A stretch of DNA of 64,000 nt from Malacoraja senta (lineage: Eukaryota). The stretch is from contig CM075988.1 in assembly GCA_038087875.1 (NCBI GenBank), forward strand, positions 17,734,001 to 17,798,000, written 5' to 3'. Both the position numbers and the translations under genes were made by a program. Positions 25,530 through 37,360 of the stretch are shown piece by piece. Position 1 is the first letter of the stretch. Each line of letters starts with the position of its first letter. The notes beneath the pieces are model-generated. The model did not search any database and was not told the origin of the DNA. It saw only the letters and a list, made by a program, of their open reading frames with translations.

Positions 25530-28500
25530 CTGAAATAGATTTTCAGTGTTACTTCAACAGAGAGAAGGGATGACAAGAAGAGAAATGGAAGTCAATTTAG
25601 TTTGTACATTTCAAGAAAATACTAAAATGGATGACTTGTATTCCATCTTAAAGCATTAGCTAGAAGAATGGAAATCAACGGTGTAGAATTGGCTCAGGCC
25701 AGGTCTCATTTGTTGAAACAATCGTCACGTGGTTCTGTTGGCCCCTGGTGCTGAGAAGACGAGAGGCAGGAGAGGCAAGTCTTAAAAAAAAAGAAGCAAA
25801 TGCACTTTCCTAAAAATGGCCCCAACCAATGTACCAGGTAACAAGCAGGCAACACTACATTGGAAGGGCGCAGAAGCAGAACAATTGGTTCTGCCAACAA
25901 AGCAATACGTCGCCAGGAAAGCTGGAGTTTAAGAGCTTACCATCCAAACGAAAAGTTGTCACTGAACACCCATGTACCTCCCTCACCCCTGGCCAATGCA
26001 ATCTACTTGGACAGACTGGGAAATGGGATGCCCTACACTGTGGAGCACAGCAAACAGAGTAACTGAGAGTGCTTCTCTGACACTGAGGTCTGGACATTGT
26101 AATCATCCCAGATCACTGAAAACAATGCTCAACACTTTTCATTTCTCACCAGAGGTTGTTGCTAGATTACAGTTAGCATTTTAGGATGGAAGTTTAAAAA
26201 ATATAGAATTGTTGAAAAGTGCCTCCTGCAGGGGCATTTTATCTCTGAATACCTCTGGATTCCCGAGGAGGTAATTAATGTGATAGTACTCGTTCAGTGT
26301 TTGCTTTTCCAAGGAATAATTCATTGTAATTTTGAATATGAGTTGCTGGTTGTTTATTGAAAGCTTTGTACACTTTACCTAGGGTTTTAGAAGTTATATG
26401 AGAAATAAGCTTTTGAAACAAACTGTTGCGTGAAGTGTGATGTGCTGTGCCTTTTTTGCTTCATTTAATTTAAAAGTAAAAGAAACACATTTCTGGAAAC
26501 TAGTTTGGATAAACAATGCCCCATTTATACTGGCAGGTTAACCAAAGTCACTTCAGAGTCTCAACTTCTGGGTCCGCCGTGTGGAGTCAGGACAAGGTCT
26601 TGCTTTGTGTTGAAATCGATCTGTATGTAAAGAGTAAAAAGCAATATTTATTAAATGTTTTCAAAAGATGATTGTACCATACATGTACTGCGACGGGTGT
26701 TTTGTGTACCATCGGAATAATCTCACTTCTCTTCCTCTTGTTGAAGTATTGTACAGGCAGCAAATGCTGATGATGCACTGGTCAGGGTATATTAGTTTGC
26801 GTGACCACCTGGCCTAGAATTTAGGTCAGCCGGACCTCCTGGATACAATGACCCTCATAATTGCCAGTTTATCATTGACAATTGGCATTTTACCATGATG
26901 AGTTAACACTATTGAAACTGCAGTCTGGATAATCACACCTCAAACCTTCTTCCCTGGGAATTAAATGCAAGATCTCTGAGCAGGCTGCACCAAGCAGAAG
27001 GCCTGGTAGGCGCAACACAGATGCATGCCTCCGGTGCATGTCAAATGCTTCGTGACGCTGTTTTATTTTATTTGCAATGTTCCTCTGCGTCAGATGGCCA
27101 ACAGAGCACTGTCTCTGTTGTTTTCTAAGTTCCGGAGTTTTGCAAAAAATCAATAAGCAACTTGCTCCAAGGCATTATCCTCGCTCCTAGGCTCATGCTG
27201 CTCTCTTTCATTCTGCTTTTCTTGTCCCACTTTCAATCGCATTCATTGACTTTCTAGCCGGACAGGGTGCAGGGTGGACAGAGGCAGGCTGTTTGCCCCT
27301 GCAGCGTCCTGGAGTAAACAGTATCTGTGATAGTCCTCCCTCCTCCACACCTCCTTCTCTACCCATTCCTCCCATCGCCATCACCTGGTCTCCATTGACA
27401 GTAGGAAGATGAATTCACGCCGTGTGTCTTCCAGACCTCCTGTGGAATTATGTGACCATTCACACCCTCAAGGAGACAACAGGAAGCCCTCTGGGCCTCC
27501 TCTCTGCTGCCTTCAGGTCAGTGGTGGGGCTGACCCATTGGATTCCCCTTTCTCAATGTCAGAATCTCCTCTCCACTCTTTCACACCAATCCCAGGCTGA
27601 AGGTGAGAAAAGTCCAGATTTCAAATCACAACCTGCTCCTCTCCAAAACCCTTTCCCACTATCTGACAATCAGGTACTAAATCCTGCCTGATAATGCTTT
27701 TTTTTTAAAACTTTATTTCTCTCAGCAATCAATATTACCATAAAACATTCTTAATGTGTTGTTCAACACCAATGTTACAGCAGAGGAATTTAATTTATTG
27801 TGTTTACTAACAACCTCTCTCCATGCACTCAGTACAATATGAGTTGGCTTTGGCTGTGACAACGTAACTCCTTTGAGAAAGATGTAATTGGTCTATAGCA
27901 TCAATCAGTGATACAGCCCTGGCTGCACTGGGTGATAATATTCTCTGTGGAGTATTGAACGCTGCAGTTTAATGTGTAACCTTCCAAACAGATAGGTTTG
28001 AAATTAGACCCGAACAGTGCTGCAAAATGAACAGCATCTGTGAGATGTGAACAGCCTTTCTCTGAGCCTTTGGTTCCTCAGTCACTTGTTACCTCATGAT
28101 ATTAAAGCTGTTTAATATGAGTGAATACCCAACACGTCCCCCAGTGTGTAGCCGGTGAGCTGATGCCCGTTCTATACACAATCTCCACAACATGTCCAGC
28201 TGAAACTCAGCTTCCTCGCCCCACACCTGCACCCGTATGGCAGTAGTCAGAGCACTTCACATCAGGAGCAGATGACACAGTCCATGGATTGATCCAGAGA
28301 CATTCACCATTCTCCTCAGCCAGGGGGCAAGAACCTGTTCCAGTGCCACCTTGGTTTTCATCTTCAACTTGTTTTCAAGAGACAAAAGAAGTCTATTATC
28401 TGATTTCTGATTTTGCTGTAGGAAGTGTTTTTACCTTTGTGATTTTTTTTCATACAATTAATACTTTGAAGAGACTTTGGTGCAATGTATAAAGGGTAAA

Positions 28501-29045
28501 GGTATACATGGAGATAAGTGCAATATGTGTGGTACATAGGATGCATTCTGTTAAATAGTTGATGCTTCAGAAATGCACTAGGTTCTATACGCTCTTGATG
28601 TATGGAAAAAGCTGCTTTTTTACAATTTGGTAATTAAAACAATAGTTGTTTCTACGATAAAGAGTGTGATACACCTTATGGACCTTGTGAAGAAAAGAAC
28701 ACTCTGGATACAATGAAGAACTGTGTTATAATTGTGTGATGCTGCCTTTTTCTGTCTGTAACTCGAAAGGAGAGAGTCGGCAGTCCCTGGTACCTCAAGA
28801 GCAAGTTTTTGTACGACTATGAAACAATGAGAGAGACACTTTTTTTGAACTATATGGCAGACTTCTGCACCAGACCACTGGAGAAGATGCTGAGATTATG
28901 GCAGTTTGATAAACAATCTTTGTACTGTTAACCAAAGGATAAGTTAAACAGGTAACTTCAAGGATCTAACTAAATGCAGTTCATGTATTGGTCCAAATCC
29001 CAGTTTGATTGAAGCAAGAATAAAGGCTGTAGTGTTTGAGCCGTG
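25530..29045 (+). other. SIK2: Putative long 3' UTR of SIK2
   Basis: Follows the stop codon; lacks the LINE/SINE fragments seen everywhere else; ends near an AATAAA followed by a GT-rich tract. Confidence 0.6.
29019..29024 (+). terminator. Candidate polyadenylation signal (AATAAA) of SIK2
   Basis: First canonical AATAAA I found after the stop; downstream gagtgagtgttttatg; repeats resume about 350 bp later. Confidence 0.5.
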
Positions 29046-29519
29046 GCACGGAGTGAGTGTTTTATGCGGTGGAATGAGGAGGCTTTGAGTTTGCAATCCT
29101 GCTTTGTGTTTCCCAAAACTCTGATCCCTGCTGCAGTTGCCACATTCACTGTCATCTGTCACCTAACCACTCCTTGCATGAGCTGAGAATTAGTATTTCT
29201 CTCTGAGCCTGACTGAAGCCCAGAGACCTCCCAAACCCATGCGTTGGGTCTGGTCGGTGTATACTGTGCTAGAACATTTGGTTAAGTCAGGCAGAGATGC
29301 AATGGCCCAGCTCATGAGTCGGTCATTGTGGCTTGTGCAGTTTGCTGATGTGATGACATGTGCACAGCAGCTCACTTTCCTGCTATCCTTTAAACTGTAA
29401 AGATACAGCGCAGAAACAGGCCCTTCGAGTCCACGCCGACCAGCGATCACCCGTACACCAGCACTATTCTACACACAATTTACAATTTGCAGAATCCAAC
29501 ACTTTGCACTTGTCAAAGT

Positions 29520-29940
29520 TAAATTCCAAGTGTCAATCTGGACAGTTCTGAAATAATGCCCCAGTCTATTGGCCACAGTCTTCACCGACATCTTCATCCT
29601 CTCAGTTCAATAGAGTTCTTTCCCCATCTGCTTCTGAAATCATGCCCCAGCCTATTGTCATCCAGGAAAAATAGGTCCACAGAAAGACCATCTCCTCACA
29701 TGGTCCCTTTACATCGATGCAGTGAATAAGAAAGCACATCAGCATATCTAGGCTTTTAGGTGCCTGAGAAGATTCAGCATGTCCATGAGGATTCTCTCGA
29801 AATACAGAAGTGCTATAGAAGGTGTTCTGATGGGGTACATTTCAGCCTGGTATGGTCTCTTGATCACTAGATCCTGCAGAGAGTAGTGAACACAGTCCAG
29901 TCCATCACAGGCTTGTCACCCTTCCATCCAGTCCATCTTC
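29520..29940 (+). mobile_element. Degenerate LINE RT C-terminal fragment, Rex1/Babar-like
   Basis: aagaaagcacatcagcatatctaggcttttaggtgcctgagaagattcagcatg resembles the KKAHQRLYFLRRLRRFGM segment recalled for this clade. Confidence 0.55.
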
Positions 29941-29951
29941 ACGGTGAGTCT

Positions 29952-30250
29952 TTAGTTTACTTTACTTCAAAGATACAGAATGGAAACAGGCCCTTCAGCC
30001 CACCGAGTCTGTGCCAACCAGCAACCATCCTGTACTCTAACGCTATCCTACACACGAAGGACATTTTTACAATTTTTACCAAAGCCGTTTAACCTGCAAA
30101 CCTGTACGTCTTTGCAGTGTGGGAGGAAACCGGAGCACCCGGAGAAAAACCCACATGGTCATAACTCCGTACATACAGCATCTGCAGTCAGGATCGAACC
30201 CAGGGTCTCTTGCGCTGTAAGACAGCAACTACCGCTGTGCCACTGTGCTG
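29952..30250 (-). mobile_element. HE1-type SINE
   Basis: Reverse complement of the 24265 element. Confidence 0.85.
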
Positions 30251-30289
30251 AATTATAAAGTCATACATCACAGAAACAGGCCCTTAAAC

Positions 30290-31500
30290 ATAAAAACATA
30301 GAAAATAGGTGCAGGAGTAGGCCATTTGGCCCTTTGGGCCAGCACCACCATTCAATATGATCATGACTGATCAACTCAAATCAGTACCCCGTTCCTGCTT
30401 GCTCCCCATATCCCCTGATTCCATTAGCCCTAAGAGCTACATCTAACTCTCTTGAAAACATCCAATGAATGCGCCTCCACTGCCTTCTGTGGCAGAGAAT
30501 TCCTCAGATTCACAACTCGCTGAGTGAAAAAGTTCTTCCTCATCTCAGTCCTAAATGGCCCACCCCTTATTCTTAAACTGTGATCCCTGGTTCTGGACTC
30601 CCCCAACATCGGGAATATTTTTTCTGCATCTAGCCTGTCCAATCCCTCAAGAATATTATATGTTTCTATATCTTCAGCCCAACTTGCCCATGCCCCATCT
30701 AAACTAGTCTAGGACTAGTTAAATGTGCTCGGGAAAGTTTCCTCCAGCAAATAAGGAGAGGGTTCCCACAGGGGAGAGGACAACACTTGATCTAGGCTTG
30801 GGAAATTGGGAGGGGAAAGTGGATGAAGTATTCCTGGATGAGCCTTTTGGGACCAGTGACCAGTGTTCTATTAGATTTAAGAGAGTTACGATCAGTTCAG
30901 AACATAGAACAGTACATCACAGGAACGGGCTCCTCAGCCCACAATGTGCCGAACATGATGCCAAGTTAAACTGATCTCATCTGTCTGGACATGATCCATA
31001 TTCCTCTATTCCCTGCACTTCTAGGTGCCTATATAAAATCCACTTAAACGCCACTATCATATCTGTCTCCACCACCACCCCTGGCAATGCGTTCCCAGCC
31101 CCCATTACATTCTGTGTAAAAAAAAACTTGCCTCGCACATCTCCATTAAATTCTCCCCTTCTCACCTTATAGCTATGCCCTCTAATGTTGGACATTTCCA
31201 ACTGAAGGAAAAGGTTCTGAGTGTCGACCCCATCTATGCCTCTCATCATCTTATCTACTTCTATCACGTTTTCCCCTCAACCTCCGACGTTCCAGGGAAA
31301 AAGTTTATCTGAACTCTCCCTGTAGCTGAAACCCTCTAATCCAGGCAGGTAAACCTCCTCTGCACCCTCTCCAAAGCCACCACATCTTTCCTATAATGGG
31401 GCAACCAGAACTGCACGTAATACTCCAAATGTGGCCACAACAAAGTCCTACAGAGCTGCATCATGACTTCCTGACGCTAATACTCAATGCCCCCTAGCAA
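30290..31500 (-). mobile_element. Cluster of CR1 3' fragments
   Basis: ORFs 30430-30642 and 30977-31267 match the CR1 ORF2 C-terminus (FFTQRVVNL, IVAFK..L.RHL). Confidence 0.88.
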
Positions 31501-33327
31501 TGAAGAAAACCATAACATCACATCAAATGGTGCAGCAGCCACAGGACCGACTGGACAGTTCTTCCCATTTTCTTTCATTTGAGAGGTGCTTGAGGGTAAA
31601 TCATTTCCAGGGAAAGATGGACGTGGATCACTCCTGAACTGGCATGGACCCGATGGGCCCAATGGCCTCCTCGCCACTCAAATTATCCTGTCATCCAGAA
31701 GTGTTATTGAGCACAGAGATCTGTCAGATGTAAGTTCATGTTCCATCAACACACTTGGAGGACTGGAATTAAAAGATCTGGGAGTAACTGCGGATGGCAG
31801 CACCACTGACAGTGATGGTGATTTAGAGAACAAAGCATGCACTGACTTTGGCTGTCCTTCCGTGTTCAGCTGCTGAACCCAGTCTCATTCCGATGTGGTT
31901 CTGCCTCGTCTGGCAGGTTGTTCAGATATCACACGATCACACATTACACGATCAAATCTCCAGGAATGCCTCCAAGCGGAGTTGGCAACCCTACTGAGAT
32001 TAACTAACTCTAAATGACTAGAGATTGAATTTGCAATTTTTTTCTGGTTGAGATAACTCAATTATACACCAATTTGGGCTTGCTGAGTCATCAGAGCAGC
32101 TGAACAGTAAGTCAGAGCTAATGAGCCACGTTGGATATTTTGAACTGATGTTTTCCAGAGGCCCCACATCACCCCTGGAATCGTAATGTCGGCTGAGTTG
32201 TCTCTTGCTCACTCCTTCAACCATAAGAGGGTGATGTTACACTTCATCTCCCTTGGGAAAAGTTATGAATTTTAGAACTATAATTAACTAATGTCATTGT
32301 ATTTTAATGATAGCTGCTAGCAATTATTGCGTAATATTTTGTTAACAAAATGTCTTTATTAATTAAACATAATGCATTCAATTCTTGAATACATTCAGCT
32401 ACAATCTGGCCATTGGGAGCCATGCTCTGGCTTTCCATTAGACATGTCCCATGTCAACCATTGTTTCCATTTGATCACAAAAGGACACATTTTCTGATAA
32501 CGTGAAACCCCCCAAAGTCATAAAGTCGTACATCATGGAAACGGACTATTCAGCCCAACACATGCCGTTCCTTCTGTCATATATGTTTAGTTTATTGTCA
32601 CGTGTACCGAGGTACAGTGAAAAGCTTTTTGTTTGCATGCTATCCAGTCAACGGAGAGACTAGACATGATTACGATCAAGCCACCCACTGATACAAGATA
32701 AAGGGAATTACATTTAGTGCAAAGTAATGTCTAATTAAAGACCAAGGGTCTCCAATGAAGTAGATGGTAGGTCTGGACCACCCTCTAGTTGGTGATAAGA
32801 TAGTCCAGATCACTCTCTAGTTAGTTTCTGTTAAGTTGGTGCTAAGATAGTTCGGTTGCCTGATAACAGCTTTTTGTTTGACTGTATGTGGTGGATGTAT
32901 GGAACAAGCTGCCAGAGGACATAGTTAAAGCAGGTACTATAACAGCATTTAAAAGACACTTAGGTATCATGGGGAAAGTGCATGAAGGATAAATGGCAAC
33001 GTCAGGTCTGCTCCAGCACTTACTTCACAAGAGTCTGTAAAGACTATGGTACAGGGAATGTTGTAAGTTCATAAAGTCACAAGGAATAGGAGTAGAATTA
33101 GGCCATTTGGCCCATCTAGTCTACTCCGCCATTCAATCATGGCTGATCTATCGCTCCCTCCTAACCCTATTCTCTTGGCTTCTCTCATAACCTCTGACAC
33201 CTGTACTAATCAAGAATCTATCTATCTCTGCCTTAAAAATATCCACTGATTTGGCCTCCACAGATTCACCACCCTCTGATTAAAGACATTTCTCCTCATC
33301 TCCTTCCTAAAAGAACGTCCTTTAATT

Positions 33328-33420
33328 CTGAAGAAGGGTCTCGACCCGAAACGTTGCCTATTTCCTTCGTTCCATAGATGCTGCCTCACCCGCTGAGTTT
33401 CTCCAGCATTTTTGTCTACC
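33328..33420 (+). mobile_element. Penelope-derived mini-element with a hammerhead-like core
   Basis: CTGAAGA-A-GGGTCTCGACCC-GAA-ACGT-T, then a tail like that at 48984-49048; flanked by tcctttaattct repeats. Confidence 0.8.
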
Positions 33421-33895
33421 TTCCTTTAATTCTAAGTTGCCATGTGCCAGTATGTAAGTCACGTCAGATGCTCGGGATCACCTGGTCAATTCTGGTCAAA
33501 GCTAATGGAAAACAACTTTGTGTTAATACCTGCTCAATTACAAGAGAGATTCAAGAGTGTTTTATTGTCATATGTCACAGATAGAACAATGAAATTCTTA
33601 CTTGCAGCAGCACAACAGACTATGAATACATTGAACAAGATTGAACAATCTCATTGTAAAGCCAGAATATATTCTAAATGGTTAGATGCGAAGGATTGTT
33701 GAGGTGTTACATTTCGTACAGTATTATGTCCAAGAGTCACTGGACGATTGATGGGGCAGGTTGCACTGACCTGGGCTGTATTTCAACGTGTGGAATCAAG
33801 TTACCATCAACTGAGGTGTCTCAGCATTAAGGAGGTTAATAAAATACTTCATTCATTGGAATTACACAACCCAGGATATTTTACTGAGTCAAGGA

Positions 33896-34200
33896 TGGCA
33901 GGCATACAGCGGTAGAGTTGCTGCCTTACAGCACCAGAGACCCAGGTTCAATTCTGATTACGGGTGCTGTCTGGATGGAGTTTGTACATCCTCCCAGTGA
34001 CCGCATGGGTTTTCTCTGGGTGCTCCGGTTTCCTCCCACATTCTAAGACGTCCAGGTTTGTAGGTTAGTTGGCTTTGGTAAGTTGTAAAATTATCCCTTG
34101 TGATTGTAGGTTAGTGTATGGGGTGATCGCTGGTCGGCGTAGACTCGGTGAGCCAAAGGGCTTCTTTCCAGGCTGTATCTCGAAAGTCTAAAAGTCTAAA
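33896..34200 (+). mobile_element. HE1-type SINE
   Basis: cagcggtagagttgctgccttacagc...aaagtctaaaagtctaaa. Confidence 0.85.
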
Positions 34201-34844
34201 GTGCAATGCATTCACACAATATTTACAATGTCCCGAATATTCTACCAGCAATTACGTTTGAGAAGTTGGGACACAGCCTGTCCTAGTGGTGAGGAGGTGC
34301 TGGCCAGTGCTGATCCCCACACAGGCAAAGCTGGTAAAGCAGTAAGTCCTGGGTTAGGGACAAACCACAGCAAGGACCACTGCATGCCTTTCCAGAGCTT
34401 TCTGGCAAACGTGCAGTGTAACAGGAGTGGGCGGTCCCTTGCAACGCTGAGGGAGTGTGCAGAGGACTGAAACCTCGACTGTACACGGAGGGTGTGACAG
34501 GGAGAGCCCAGCTCCCCAAGTGCTCTGGGAGAGCTGCCAAGCCCGGCGCTGGGACCTGTTGGAGAGTTCTTTGATGAGGCATGCTGTGACTTTGACAGGA
34601 AACCATTTGCCAGGATCCTGCTCACATACGTAGCCACTTGGGAACCGTCCATACACATCACTGACTGTAGACAGACACAAAATGCCAGACCCGCTGACTT
34701 ACTCCAGCATTTTGTGTCTACTTTTGGTGTTTCGACTGTGACTGTCGCCGGCAGTCGCCGAAAAAATTGCCTAAGTGGGACAGGCCCTTAACTCAGACAT
34801 TTAAAATAAAGAGTGCGTAACGTTGATTGCACAACGTAACTCAG

Positions 34845-35150
34845 GGCAGCACGGCGGTAGAGTTGCTGTCTTAAGCGACAGAGAAACGGGAACGATCCTG
34901 ACCACGGGTGCTGTCTGTATGGAGTTTGTACATTATCCCTGTGACTTGCATGGGGATTCTCCAGGTGCTCTGGTTTCCTCCCACACTCCAAAGACTTACA
35001 GGTTTGTAGGTTAATTGGCTTCAGTAAAAAATGTAAAATTGTTCCTAGCGTGTAGGATAGTGCTAGTGTATGGTAATCACAGGTCGGTGCAGACTCGGTG
35101 GGCCGAAGGGCCTGTTTCAGCACTGTATCTCTAAATGCTAATGTCTAAAG
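34845..35150 (+). mobile_element. HE1-type SINE
   Basis: ggcggtagagttgctgtc...ggccgaagggcctgtttc..tctctaaa. Confidence 0.85.
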
Positions 35151-35201
35151 TGATTGTGGGATATCATTTTGAGTACCAGTCAAAAGGAAGCTAACATCCA
35201 C

Positions 35202-35326
35202 CTGAAGAAGGGTCTCGACCTGAAACGTCACCAATTCCTTCTCTCCAGAGATGCTGCCTGTCCCGCTGAGTTATTCCAGCATTTGTGTCTGACTTTGGTG
35301 TAACAGTATCTGCAGTTCCTTCCTGC
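35202..35326 (+). mobile_element. Penelope-derived mini-element with a hammerhead-like core
   Basis: CTGAAGAAGGGTCTCGACCTGAAACGTC...gcagttccttcct; flanked by agctaacatccacct repeats. Confidence 0.8.
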
Positions 35327-35975
35327 AGCTAACATCCACCTTGTCAACACCCTGGTGCCCGGGTCACTGGGCAGAGGGCACCTGCTTTGCTGGATGTGCA
35401 GCCCCTCCTGCAGTCTGAAGGGGAGCAGTACCATCGTCCCTGCTCACAGCAGGAGCTGACTGCTGCCCATCTGTGAGCCATCATATCTGTTAGCTCTTTG
35501 ATTAACTTGAATAATTCATGGCTGCTGACAATGTTTAATACAGCGAGAGTGACGCACATGGTGACACCTTGGAGATAAGACTGTCTCAGTAAGCACCCTC
35601 TGATGTAATGAATGTATAATCCGCGCTCCCATGGCGAGAAAATATTAATATGCATTTTCATGGTGTTATGAAGTTGACTAATAAGATCAGTCACTACTTC
35701 TCTCATTAAAAAGAGCCTGCATTCACCTACATCAGGGACATATGTTCAGCTAACGATGAGTTTCTTCCTTGGAACAAGGAAAGTCACTTTAACCCTTTGT
35801 GTGCCCCCCTGTTTAACTGAAGTAGGAATCGTATCAATCACAGGATTGAGAAGGGCAATCCAGACCCATACTGATGCCTCCTGAAAGAAACATCAGGATC
35901 TTCTAGCTCTGAGTGTGTAGGCTGGAACTACAGGTGCTGATTTACACTGAAGATAGACGCAAAATGTTGGAGTAA

Positions 35976-36289
35976 TAGCCCTGTCCCACGGTACGAGTTC
36001 ATTCCAAGAACTCGCCCGAGTTTTAAAAAAAATCAAACTCGTGGTAAGCACGGAGAATGAACATAGCGGGTACGTCGGAGCTCGGGGACGTCTCTTAGCG
36101 CTAACGGCAGGTACTCGGGAAAACTCGCTAACGGCAGGTAAGCACGGGAAACTTGTGAAGATTTTTCAACATGATGATAAATGTCCACGAGAGCCCCGAG
36201 TACCGACGAGTGGCCATTACCGTAAATATCTGAGTCAGGGCAAACTCGGGAGAACTCTTGGAATGAACTCGTACCGTGGGACAGGGGTT
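35976..36289. mobile_element. Non-autonomous DNA transposon (PIF/Harbinger-like MITE)
   Basis: Terminal inverted repeats ccctgtcccacggtacgagttcattccaaga / tcttggaatgaactcgtaccgtgggacaggg; TAA on both sides (35973-35975, 36290-36292). Confidence 0.85.
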
Positions 36290-36509
36290 TAACTTAGCGA
36301 CCCCTGAACGGTCTCGACCCGAAACGTCACCCATTCCTTCTCTCCAGAGACACTGCCTGTCCCGCTGAATTACTCCAGCATTTTGTGTCTATCTTCTCTC
36401 TCTGATGTGAGGACAATGACATGGGCCACAGTGAAGCCTCGTGATCTCCAGAAACATGGTGTCCGGGATGGTTGGTCAAAAAAACAAAGTATGAAATTTG
36501 GGGATCGTA

Positions 36510-36870
36510 GAGTCATAGTGTGGAAACTGGCCCTTCGGCCCAACCAACCAAAACCGATAAACATGTCCCATCTACACTAGTCCCACTAGTCTGCGTTTAG
36601 CCCACATCCCTCTAAACCTGTCCTATCCATGTACCTGTCTAATTGTTTCTCAAACACTGTGATAGTCCCGGCCTCAACTATCTCCTCTGGCAGCTCGTTT
36701 CATACACCCACCACCCTTTGTGTGAAAAATGTACCCCTCAGATTCCTGTAAAATCTTTTCCCCTGCACCTTAAACTTATGTCGTCTGGTTTACGATTCCC
36801 CTACTCTGGGCAAGAGAATCTGTGCATCTACCCGATCTCATGATTTTATACACCTCTATAAGATCACCCC
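36510..36870 (-). mobile_element. CR1 3' fragment
   Basis: Nearly the same sequence as 20060-20365. Confidence 0.85.
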
Positions 36871-37146
36871 TCCACAGAGTCTGGACAGATGCTGGGAACA
36901 GGTGACCCTGCACCTCTTGTGAAGCACATTGGAGTCAGTGTCTGGTTTCCTAGTTTCTTGCTTCACCCAAGAGTCAGGAGTGTTTACTTGTTATATACTG
37001 TACACCTACACCAGGAACGGAACAATTACTTTAGCACTTGCTGCAGCTTTCAAGGCCCATTGACGCACCAACACAACAAATTAAGATACAAAAAAACAAA
37101 ATACAATGCGTTATCAGTTACACCTGATAATTCCCCTGTACTGATG

Positions 37147-37360
37147 GGCAGTCACGGTGGCGCAGCGGTAGAGTTGCTGCCTTATAGCAAAATGCAGCGC
37201 CAGAGACCCGGGTTCGATCTGTATGGAGTTTGTACGTTCTCCCCGTGATCTGCGTGGGTTTTCTCCGAGAACTTCGGTTTCCTCCCACACTTCAAAGACG
37301 TACAGGTTTGTAGGTTAATTGGCTTGTTTAATTGGTTTGATAAAATGTTAAATTGTCCAA
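37147..37360 (+). mobile_element. HE1-type SINE, 3'-truncated
   Basis: ggtggcgcagcggtagagttgctgcc..gggttcgatc. Confidence 0.82.
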
